From contig NW_021823980.1 in NCBI RefSeq assembly GCF_006345805.1, positions 1-19,977 of the forward strand: a stretch of DNA of 19,977 bases. Reading direction: 5' to 3'. The notes beneath the pieces are model-generated. The model saw nothing but the letters and a program-made list of their open reading frames with translations. It was not told the DNA's origin and did not search any database. The first letter of the stretch is position 1. The number at the start of each line of letters is the position of its first letter. The position numbers and the translations under genes were made by a program. This stretch comes from Octopus sinensis (lineage: Eukaryota). Positions 1-9,945 of this stretch are shown here, piece by piece.

Positions 1-205
1 CAGAATCGTTAGCACGCCATGCAAAATGTTTAGCAGAATTTTGCCTGCCTTTATGTTCTGAGTTCAAATTCCACCAAGGTCGACTAAACCTCTCATCCTT
101 TGAGAGTCAATAAATTAAGTACCAGTTGCGCACTGGGGTCGACATAATCAACTAGCCCCCTCACCCAAACTTCAGGTGCCTTTAGTAGAAAGGATTATTA
201 TCATC
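1..205 (+). mobile_element. tRNA-derived SINE, family A (5' end cut by window)
   Basis: B-box-like GAGTTCAAATTCC at about 60-72, central CCAAGGTCGAC...CATCCTTT...AATTAAGTACCAG block shared with the copies at 209-754, 1330-2440 and 7214-7415, and an (ATT/ATC) tail. Confidence 0.8.
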
Positions 206-208
206 CAA

Positions 209-754
209 TTCTTTACTACCCACAAGGGGCTATATACACAGAGGGGACAAACAAGGACAGACATAGTTCTTAAGTCGATTATATCGACCCCAGTGCGTAA
301 CTGGTACTTAATTTATCGACCCCGAAAGGATGAAAGGCAAAGTCGACCTCGGCGGAATTTGAACTCAGAACGTAACTGCAGACGAAATACCTATTTCTTT
401 ACTACCCACAAGGGGCTAAACACAGAGGGGACAAACAAGGACAGACAAAGGGATTAAGTTGATCACATAGACCCCAGTGTGAAACTGGTACTTTATTTAT
501 CGACCCCGAAAGGACGAAATACCTATTTCTTTACTACCCACAAGGGGCTAAACACAGAGGGGACAAACAAGGACAGACATAGGTATTAAGTCGATTACAT
601 CGACCCCAGTGCGTAACTGGTACTTAATTTATCGACCCCGAAAGGATGAAAAGCAAAGTCGACCTCGGTGGAATTTGAACTCAGAACGTAACGACAGACG
701 AAATACAGCTACGCATTTCACCCAGCATGCTAAGGTTTCTGCCAGCTCACCGCC
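209..754 (-). mobile_element. Family A SINE with head plus three tandem body/tail units
   Basis: Minus-strand head GGCGGTGAGCTGGCAGAA ends at 754. Unit marker TTCTTTACTACCCACAAGGGG recurs at 209, 395 and 527; the middle unit has an internal deletion. Confidence 0.85.
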
Positions 755-760
755 TTATAT

Positions 761-799
761 AAGGATTATTATTATCATCATCATCATCATCATCATCAG
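761..799. repeat. (ATT)n(ATC)n microsatellite
   Basis: Direct reading; source of the poly-Ile in ORF 609..848. Confidence 0.9.
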
Positions 800-1020
800 T
801 GAGCGAGAGAACAGCGCATGCCATCAAAGTGAGACTGAGTTAGGGTGAGGGTGAAATAGACTGGGGTGAAATATACGAATCCCAATATACCCATCAAGAC
901 TACCCATCTGGTAAGGGTACACCAGGCACAAGCATCATAACCATATATGTGTGACTTGGACGCTAAACTCTGCTTGCAAAGCCCTGTTGAGGCAAGTGCA
1001 ATCAAAATCAAATTCGATGA

Positions 1021-1330
1021 CTGGTATCCGTGCTAGCGGGGTGCAAAGAGCACCATCTGAGTGTGATCGTTGACAGAGCGGCTAACTGGCTTCCATGCCA
1101 GTGGCACATAAAAGGTACCATTTGAGTGTGATCGTTAACAGCGTCGCCTTAATGGCATTTGTGCCCATGCTAGTAGGGTGCCAAGAGCACCATCCGAGCA
1201 TGATCGTTGCCAGAACAGCCAACTGGCTTCCGTGCCGGTGGCACGGAAAAGGGCACCATTCAAGCATGATCGTTACCAGCATCGCCTTACTGGCACCCGC
1301 GCCGGTGGCATGTGTAAAAGATTCAAGCAA
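1021..1330 (+). repeat. Degenerate ~65-70 bp tandem repeat, A-B-A-B-partial
   Basis: CTGG...GCACCAT.YGAG..TGATCGTT recurs four times plus a partial fifth. A related GTCACATAAAGAGCACCCA word occurs near 12525, suggesting an interspersed-repeat origin. Confidence 0.7.
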
Positions 1331-2440
1331 AATCGTTAGCATGATTGACAAAATGCTAAGCTCTATTTTGTCTGTTGCTGCATTCTGAGTTCAAATTCCA
1401 CCAAGGCTGACTTTGTCTTTCATCCTTCCAGGGTTGATAAATTAAGTACCAGTGAAACACTGGGGGGCAATGTAATTGACTAGTTCCCTCCCCACAAATT
1501 TCAGGCTTTGTGCCTATTAGTAAAAAGGGATTATTATTATTATTATAATGAAGGTGGTGAGCTGGCCAAGTTGTTAGCATGCTGGACAAAATGTTGCTAA
1601 GCATTTCATCCGTCTTTGCGTCCTGAGTTCAAATTCCACTAATGTCAACTTTACTTTTTATCCTTCTGGGGTCGATAAAATAAGTACCAGTTGAGCACTA
1701 GGGTTAATGTATATGACTAGACCCCACCTGCCCCAAAATTTCAGGCCTTGTGAATATAATAGAAAGGATTATCATTGTGGCGAGCTGTTAGAATCGTTAG
1801 CATCCTGGGCAAATGCTTGGTGGCATTTTGTCCCGAGTTCAAATTCCACCGAGGTCGACTTTACTTTTTATCCCTCTGGGGTCAATAAAACAAGTACCAG
1901 TTGAGCACTGGGGTCAATGCAAATGACTAGACCCCCTCCCCTGAAATTTCAGGCCTTGTGCCTATAGTAGAAAGGATTATCATTGTGGTGAGCTGGTAGA
2001 ATCGTTAGCATGCTGGGCAAATACTTGGTGGCATTTTGTCCCAAGTTGTCCCGAGTTCAAATTCCACCGAGGTCGACTTTACTTCTTATCCTTCTGGGGT
2101 CGATAAAATAAGTACCAGTTGAGCACTGGGGGTCAATGTAAATGACAAGACCCCCTCCCCACAAATTTCAGGCCTTGTGCCTAGAGTAGAAAGGATTATT
2201 GTTGTGGCGAGCTGGTAGAATCGTTAGCATGCTGGGCAAATACTTGGAGGCATTTTGTCCCGAGTTCAAACTCCACCGAGGTTTACCTTACTTTTTATCC
2301 TTCTGGGGTCGATAAAACAAGTACCATTTGGACACTGGGGGACAATGGAATCAACTTATCCCCACCCTGAACTCGCCTGGCCTTGTGCCAAAATTTTGAA
2401 AATCGTTACTATTATGTTATTATTATTATTATTATTAAAG
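1330..2440 (+). mobile_element. Head-to-tail array of five family A SINEs
   Basis: Heads at about 1330 (partial), 1551, 1777, 1985 and 2204; each has GAGTTCAAA(T/C)TCC and the AAGTACCA core; ends in (TTA)n. Confidence 0.85.
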
Positions 2441-2544
2441 TAATCATCTAAAAGCTCATTATAGTTATTAGTTTAATTAGGCAGAGATGGTTGAGAAAGA
2501 ACGGACTAACGAGGGTCTTAATTATGTCTATTGTCCGTAGAACT

Positions 2545-2719
2545 GCAACCACATCACCACCACCGACCATACTACCGCCACAACTGTTACGGGAACTGCT
2601 GTTGCTATGACAGATGGGACAATGCAACCACTACCACCACCATCACCACAACAACAACAAATGATAATACTACTACTACTACCTAAGCCATAATTACAAC
2701 TACCATCAGAACTGCAACC

Positions 2720-2775
<56 letters not shown>

Positions 2776-3400
2776 CACTACCACCAGGACAACTACAGAC
2801 TAATATTTCCCCTGTAACCATGACAACTATGGCAAATATAACAATAACCACTACCACTACTACTGCCAGAACCATGAAAACAGCCACCATAGCAACGATT
2901 ACAGTTGTGACAATGTAATCGCGACCACCACCACCAACACTTTTACAGTCACCTGCAAACACTGCACCACCACCACAACTACCACTGGAGCTACCACTAC
3001 TATCAACCCGCTACTTCTACCACCACCACTACCACCAACGCCACCACAAGACCACAGCTTTGTCAAAAGTTGGGGGACACCATACCACCACCACCACCAC
3101 CACAACTACCACTGTAGCTACTACTACTACCAACCCGCTACTTCTGCCACCACTACTACCACCAACGCCACCACAAGACCACAGCTTTGTCAAAAGTTGG
3201 GGACACCATACCACCACCACCACAACAACCAGCACTGCCACCACCACCACTTCTGCAGCAACCAACACACCACAACGTCAACCAGGAGACACCACCACTT
3301 CTGTACCTACAACCAATACTGCTACCACATAAACTACAGACATTACACCACCACCACCAATACTACTACTGCTACTACAACATAGCCACACTGTCTGCTG
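2545..3400. repeat. Cryptic (ACC/ACT/ACA)n low-complexity tract
   Basis: Trinucleotide-biased sequence giving poly-Thr, poly-Val and poly-Ser translations in several frames. Confidence 0.9.
2974..3225. repeat. 127-bp tandem duplication (2 copies)
   Basis: CACAACTACCACT at 2974 and 3101; GCTTTGTCAAAAGTTGGGG at 3057 and 3184. Confidence 0.85.
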
Positions 3401-3551
3401 TACAACAAACAGCCATGCTGTTATACAACTACATCAGTGACCTCTCCAGGGGAATACAGTCTCGCTTCGACTGCTCTTGTTTCTTCATTATACCAGGCCA
3501 GAATGAACTGGTTTATGTCACTCTTAATTCAAATTGATGGTGTGTGTTGTG

Positions 3552-4371
3552 CGTATATATATACATATATATACATACATATATATATATAAATACATAT
3601 ATACACATATATATACATATATATACATATACATACATACATATATATATAAATACATATATACACATATATATACATATATTACATATACTACATATAT
3701 ACATATACATACATATACAATACATATATACATACATACATATATATATATATTCATACATATATACATACATACACATACATATATATATATACATACA
3801 TATATATATACATACATACATATACATACATATATACATATACATACATATATACATATCATACCTACATATATATATATTATATATATATATATATTCA
3901 TACATACATATATACATACATACTCATACATACATTATACATACATACACATACATACATATACATACATACACATACATATATATAATATACATACATA
4001 CACATATATACATACATATATATAATATACTACATATATATTAATACATATATATATATATACATACATATATATATATACATACAATATATATATACAT
4101 ACATATATACTACATACATATATATATATACATACATATATATATATACATCATACATATTACATACATACATATATACATACATACAAAAACATACATA
4201 TACTCATACATACATATTACATACATATATATATATACATACATACATACATATAATACATACTACATCATATATTACATACTATATATATACAACATAT
4301 ATATATACATACACATATATATAACACACGTATATATACATACACATATATATACATACATACATACATAT

Positions 4372-4432
<61 letters not shown>

Positions 4433-4445
4433 TATATATAAGAGA
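3552..4445. repeat. Compound (AT)n/(AC)n/(ACAT)n microsatellite
   Basis: Direct reading; explains the YI/HI/CV ORFs. Confidence 0.97.
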
Positions 4446-4642
4446 TAGCAAGTTCTTGGTACAGTATTATACATTTGGAAAAATGAATAGAAATGGTTTT
4501 CCTGATAATTTTGTAAACACCAAATAACTTGTGAGTATCAAATTATTAAAATGGAAAAATGATCAAAAAAGTCATTTCTGTTCAATTTTTCAAATACACA
4601 TATATACACAAGTATATACAACTACAAACACAGTTTATATTA

Positions 4643-4927
4643 TCTATTATATAAAATCCGTTCTGTGTGTGTGTCTTCTAGGATCTCGGGCATCCTCCAT
4701 CCGATTGCGCTCAAATTTGATATGAAGATACCGACGGTATCAGGGCATGTATAAGTCTTGGAAAAATTACAAAATTCGAGAATGCGATCGATAAAGCTGT
4801 GGGAACGTGTATTTGTATGTGCAAGTACATCAGCTGTTGCGATCGATACTACGCGTATGCGAGAAAAATGCATGTGCAGTTTGCGCAAAAGAAGCCGGCT
4901 GGCTTTAAATAATGCCACAAAATGTAG
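4643..4927 (+). mobile_element. Probable non-autonomous Helitron-like element
   Basis: Starts A|TCTATTATATAAAA, then a short (TG)n and CCGATTGCGCTCAAATTTG, mirroring the 5' layout of the Helitron at 13861-14236. The 3' end is uncertain: AAGCC-GGCT-GGCTT hairpin, then GTAG|T instead of CTAG|T. Confidence 0.5.
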
Positions 4928-5185
4928 TATATTTAAGAGACCAAAAAAGTAAGATGCAAAAGAGATATTTTCTTCAAACTTGGCATGAAGGAAGGAAAGA
5001 CTATTTGGTTTCTCAAGAAGGTTTTTTTCTGCCTTAACTTAAGCAGGTAATTTAAAAAGGTGAACTGTATTTAGTGTATATTTAGATGATAAGAAAATGG
5101 AGGAAAAACAACAAATAGAAGTGTCTCTTTGGTGCTGAAAAGCCATTATTTAATTAGTTAAGCAAGGTGAAGGTTAGAGTGAGCT

Positions 5186-5256
5186 TACAGCTGTTTCGGT
5201 GTACCATGTTGAAGTAAATATGTTTTTCCCTCATTGCAAATGGTAGACGTCATCAG
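5186..5256 (-). ncRNA. Minimal type I hammerhead-ribozyme-like motif (Penelope-like element remnant); helix I not evident
   Basis: Minus strand reads CTGATGA, helix II GTCTACCAT-TTG / CAACATGGTACAC (one mismatch, one bulge), GAAA, palindromic helix III ACAG/CTGT, then A (GUA site). Confidence 0.5.
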
Positions 5257-5499
5257 GACGAAGAAGGCAGAGATAGACAAAGAGGAGAATTAAGCGAAAG
5301 ATAGAGGGAGAAATCGGAAAAGAAAATGTTCAATGATTCGAAGGTCTTACATTTTAGTTGGGTTCAAAGTTCATTAAATCCATTGTGAGGCAGTTGAAGA
5401 ATAGAAGTTGGTGGAATCTGAAGTCTCGTAGCTAGTTATTAGCAAAACCTCCACGTGACTGCCTGTTCGGCTAGTTGACCATACATATATACACATACC

Positions 5500-5697
5500 A
5501 TAGTAACGGTTTATACCGTTGGCGATTTTTTTCCCCGTCTTCCCTTCTCTGGATCTTTCCTTCTCCTATGTTTCCAACGAAGAGCTCCACTTGAAACGTT
5601 AAACTCTCCTTCTTTCTTTCCTTAGCATCCAATAATACTTATTTGTTCCACGTCCTCACGTTGTTGTGTTTTTTGTGCTTTCTTGTTTGGATTAACT
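5500..5697 (+). mobile_element. Pyrimidine-rich interspersed repeat with a decayed hammerhead-like core, probably Penelope-like pLTR-derived
   Basis: GTTT-CCAACGA-A-GAGC-TCC-ACTT-GAAAC-GT-T-AAAC at 5570-5604; the element abuts (TA)n tracts. Confidence 0.4.
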
Positions 5698-5703
5698 ATA
5701 TAT

Positions 5704-5761
<58 letters not shown>

Positions 5762-5808
5762 AGATATATATATATACATACATGTACATACATATATTAT
5801 ATACATAT
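5698..5808. repeat. (TA)n microsatellite
   Basis: Direct reading. Confidence 0.95.
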
Positions 5809-5864
5809 AGCGTCTTATAGAGCTAAATTTGTAAATTCTAAAATTGCAGAAGATTTCATTACTG

Positions 5865-5937
5865 GGCAGTTTAGCTTAATGGTAAAGCACTTGACACGTA
5901 ATCACAGGGATGAGAGTTTGTGTCTTATGGCTCGCTG
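5865..5937 (+). pseudogene. Decayed tRNA-like sequence (tRNA pseudogene or SINE head)
   Basis: A-box-like TAGCTTAATGG, D-arm GCTT/AAGC, weak anticodon arm TGA-CACGTAA-TCA, degenerate B box GTTTGTGTC; acceptor stem poor. Confidence 0.35.
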
Positions 5938-6084
5938 GTAATGTATTTTTCTACAATGTATGGATAGTTTATCCTGTTCATGCTATTTTATGCGCATTAT
6001 CACGCATTTGGGAATAAACTATTTCTGTATCTTTCAATACATCTCAAGGTTTCTAAAACAAACTTTGTTTACTTTCATCATAAG

Positions 6085-7160
6085 GTGAATATATATAGAT
6101 ATATATATATACACACATACATATATATATACACACAACACATACATATACACACACACACCACACACATATATATATATATACACACACACACATATAT
6201 ATACACACATATACATACATATATATATACATATACATACACACATATATATATACATATACACACATATACGTACACACATATATATACACATATACAT
6301 ATATATATATATACACACATACATATATATATACACATACATACACATACATACACACATACATATATATATATATATACACACATATATATACCATATA
6401 CCAATAAACACATATACAATTAATATCACACACACATACATATATATATACACACACACTACATATATATATACACAAATACACACATACATATATACAC
6501 ACACACTACATATACACACACACACACACACTATAGATATATATCACACACACACATATATATACACACATATACATACATATATATATACATATACATA
6601 CACACATATATATATACATATACACACATATACGTACACACATATATATACACATATACATATATATATATATACACACATACATATATATATACACATA
6701 CATACACATACATACACACATACATATATATATATATATACACACATATATATACACATATACCAATATACACATATACAAATATATATATACACACACA
6801 CATACATATATATATACACACACATATATATATACACACACATACATATATATATACACACACATACATATATATATACACACACATACATATATATATA
6901 CACACCCATACATATATATATACACACCCATATACATATATATATATATATACACACCCATATACATATATATATATACACACACATATATATATATATA
7001 CACATATACATATATATATATACATATATATATATACACACATATATATATATACACACACATATATACAAACATATACATATATGTACAAATACATATA
7101 CATACCACACACACACATATATATATATATATACAGATAGATAGGTAGAGAGAGAGAAAG
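6085..7160. repeat. Compound (AT)n/(AC)n microsatellite with an internal ~200-bp duplication
   Basis: Direct reading; the unique marker ACGTACAC occurs at 6271 and 6632 within near-identical flanks. Confidence 0.95.
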
Positions 7161-7213
7161 AGAGACAGAGAGTGAGTGTGTATGAGTGTATGTATGTGAG
7201 TGTATAGGAGATA

Positions 7214-7415
7214 GTGGTGAGCTAGCAGAACTGCTAGTGTGACCTACAAACTGTTAGGCAGTATTTGCTCTGGCTCTTAACTTTCCGAGTTCAAACCTGG
7301 CTGAGGTCAACAATGCCTTTCATCCTTTCGGGGTCAGCAGAGAGTATGAACCCCAATCTAGAACTGGAGCCAATGCTATCACATTGACTAACAACCCCTT
7401 CACTCGAAATGACTG
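7214..7415 (+). mobile_element. Diverged family A SINE
   Basis: GTGGTGAGCTAGCAGAA head, GAGTTCAAA box, GAGGTCAAC...GCCTTTCATCCTTTCGGGGTC core. Confidence 0.65.
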
Positions 7416-7449
7416 GCTTTCAGCTTAGTTCAAAGGGAACATACATTAT

Positions 7450-7454
7450 AAACA

Positions 7455-7488
<34 letters not shown>

Positions 7489-7562
7489 CATATATCTATC
7501 TATATACATATATCTATCTATCTATATATATATATTGAATGAGGGAGCTATATATAGATCAA

Positions 7563-7621
<59 letters not shown>

Positions 7622-7804
7622 ATATACATTATATATCTATACATATATATATATACATGTATTATACATGTATATATCTATACATATATATCTATACATG
7701 TATATATATATATACATGTATATATATATAATATATATATACACATGTATCTATATATACATGTATATATCTATATATATATCTATACATGTATATATAT
7801 AGAC

Positions 7805-7836
<32 letters not shown>
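7450..7836. repeat. Compound (TA)n/(TACATG)-rich microsatellite
   Basis: Direct reading. Confidence 0.95.
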
Positions 7837-7838
<2 letters not shown>

Positions 7839-8001
7839 TGGGGAGGTGAATGAGAAGATGTGTTGTGTGTGTGTATATGTGTGAATGTGTTTGCTTCTGA
7901 GAGGGTGAGAGAAATAGATGGTGAGTGTGTGCATGTTTGTGCAAGTATGAGAAAAAGATAGAGAAATAAGAGAGTATGTACATGAGTGCTTGTGTGTATA
8001 T

Positions 8002-8004
<3 letters not shown>

Positions 8005-8064
<60 letters not shown>
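8005..8064. repeat. (AG)n microsatellite
   Basis: Direct reading; about 30 AG units. Confidence 0.97.
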
Positions 8065-8071
<7 letters not shown>

Positions 8072-8313
8072 GAGCTTGTGTGTGTTCAGTTCCCAGAGTT
8101 GAATCGTGAGAATCACTCGAATGGAATTAATTCGCCAAATAAAGAACATAACACGCTCTGATTCATGAAGTAGGCAGCGATTTTAGAAGGGTACAAATAC
8201 TCACACACACACACACCTATATACATATGTATTCATATGCGTGTACTAAGGTATATGTGTATATATAAAAACACCAGATGGAGTTCAGTAGAACACAAAG
8301 GTGATATAGAAAT

Positions 8314-8357
<44 letters not shown>

Positions 8358-8430
8358 TCTTCTCTTTTATAGTAATTTTTGTAATTCTCAGCTGATTAAA
8401 GTTAAGGAAAGTACGTGTGTATATATTTAT

Positions 8431-8825
8431 ACTCTTTTACTTGTTTCAGTCATTTGACTGTGGCCATGCTGGAGCACCGCCTTTTAGTCAAGCAAATCGA
8501 CCCCGGGACTTATTCTTTGTAAGCCTAGTACTTATTCTATCGGTCTCTTTTGCCGAACCACTAAGTGACGGGGACGTAAACACACCAGCATCAGTTGTCA
8601 AGCAATGCAAGGGGCACAAACACAGACACACAAACACACATATATATATATATGTATATATACGATGAGCTTCTTTCAGTTTCCGTCTACCAAATCCACT
8701 CAGAAGGCTTTGGTCGGCCCGGGGCTATAGTAGAAGACACTTGCACAAGGTGCCATGCAGTGGGACTGAACCCAGAACCATGTGGTTGGTTAGCAAGCTA
8801 CTTACCACACAGCCACTCCTGCGCC
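8431..8825 (-). mobile_element. Full-length tRNA-derived SINE, family B
   Basis: Minus-strand head GGCGCAGGAGTGGCTGTGTGG (A box) and GGTTCAGTCCC (B box), internal (TA/TG)n, tail GACTGAAACAAGTAAAAGAGT; colinear with the copies at 14470 and 18331. Confidence 0.9.
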
Positions 8826-8984
8826 TGGAGGATAATTTATAAATTTTACTCCAAAAAAAAAAAGGGGTTGGGTTTTAAGCTTTTAACATGGAAATAAAAA
8901 ATTAATGAAGACGAAAGTTGTAAATCTATTTTACACATTGAAACTGAATGACTTCCCTGTGCCTGATCAGATCTAGCTAAATTT

Positions 8985-9062
8985 TCTTGTGCTTGGTTTC
9001 ACCAAGTGTTGGGGTTAATCTCAAAAGTTCTTCAGTAAGTCCTTGAGCGTGTCCTTAAAAAT
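8985..9062 (-). mobile_element. Short older RTE-clade LINE fragment
   Basis: Minus translation FKDTLKDLLKNF/EINPNTW with frameshifts; homologous to 9885-9950 but clearly diverged. Confidence 0.65.
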
Positions 9063-9104
9063 TAGACAGGGAACAGTGTATCTGGTTGTGGCCAATCAGT
9101 CCAA

Positions 9105-9740
9105 TGCATGCCTGAAAGGCCCTATCACAGGTCCACTGCATGCCTGGAAGGCCCTATCACAGGTCCACTGCATGCCTGGAAGGCCCTATCACAGGTCCAC
9201 TGCATGCCTGGAAGGCCCTATCACAGGTCCACTGCATGCCTGGAAGGCCCTATCACAGGTCCACTGCATGCTGGAAGGCCCTATCACAGGTCCACTGCAT
9301 GCCTGGAAGGCCCTATCACAGGTCCACTGCATGCCTGGAAGGCCCTATCACAGGTCCACTGCATGCCTGGAAGGCCCTATCACAGGTCCACTGCATGCCT
9401 GGAAGGCCCTATCACAGGTCCACTGCATGCCTGGAAGGCCCTATCACAGGTCCACTGCATGCCTGGAAGGCCCTATCACAGGTCCACTGCATGCCTGGAA
9501 GGCCCTATCACAGGCCCACTGCATGCTTGGAAGGCCCTATCACAGGTCCACTGCATGCCTGGAAGGCCCTATCACAGGTCCACTGCATGCCTGGAAGGCC
9601 CTATCACAGGTCCACTGCATGCCTGGAAGGCCCTATCACAGGTCCACTGCATGCCTGGAAGGCCCTATCACAGGTCCACTGCATGCCTGGAAGGCCCTAT
9701 CACAGGTCCACTGCATGCCTGGAAGGCTCTATCACAGGTC
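9105..9740. repeat. 32-bp minisatellite, 20 units (TGCATGCCTGGAAGGCCCTATCACAGGTCCAC)
   Basis: Units start at 9105, 9137, ... 9712; one 1-bp deletion (unit 6) and four single substitutions; the last unit lacks 3 nt. Confidence 0.98.
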
Positions 9741-9945
9741 AGGCATTGGTGGTCAGTTGGGGCCAAAGGCAAGGAGTTGGCTCTGGGCTTGCACACTTCA
9801 CGTTTTCTCTGTGCCCCTGAAATCCTGTTAGTAAGAAGTGGCGCCTCTGTTGGTGCAGCTTCACCAGGGAGGGTGGTCTTGCACTTGTGTTTCCCAGGTG
9901 TTGGGATCAATCTCAAAGTTCTTCAACGAGGCCTTGAGCACATCA

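Noticed and set aside
176-848. ORFs 176..457 and 609..848, and similar ORFs over 8417-8897, 14458-14873 and 18282-18810
   Set aside because: They lie within SINE copies, and the same peptides recur wherever the SINE does.
1330-2440. CRISPR-like appearance of regularly spaced repeats (also 13340-14347 and 16932-17717)
   Set aside because: The inter-repeat sequence is itself repeated, there are no unique spacers or cas genes, and the DNA is eukaryotic.
3513-4474. Long ORFs of YI/HI/CV/MY dipeptides (also 5980-7118, 7409-8149, 11279-11998, 19036-19527)
   Set aside because: Translations of dinucleotide microsatellites, open in multiple frames on both strands.
4450-4540. Peptide [13 protein letters not shown], reminiscent of a Penelope RT NGYP motif, and a GTGAGT donor near 4531
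   Set aside because: Too short, ends in a stop, with no supporting acceptor or flanking homology.
5340-5440. Minus-strand LPHNGFNEL* resembling a GIY-YIG C-terminal GLN motif upstream of the hammerhead-like motif
   Set aside because: It would fit a Penelope origin, but the match is only a few residues; not called.
8090-8170. Short complex island with possible splice sites on either strand
   Set aside because: Weak acceptor and donor sites and no recognisable peptide.
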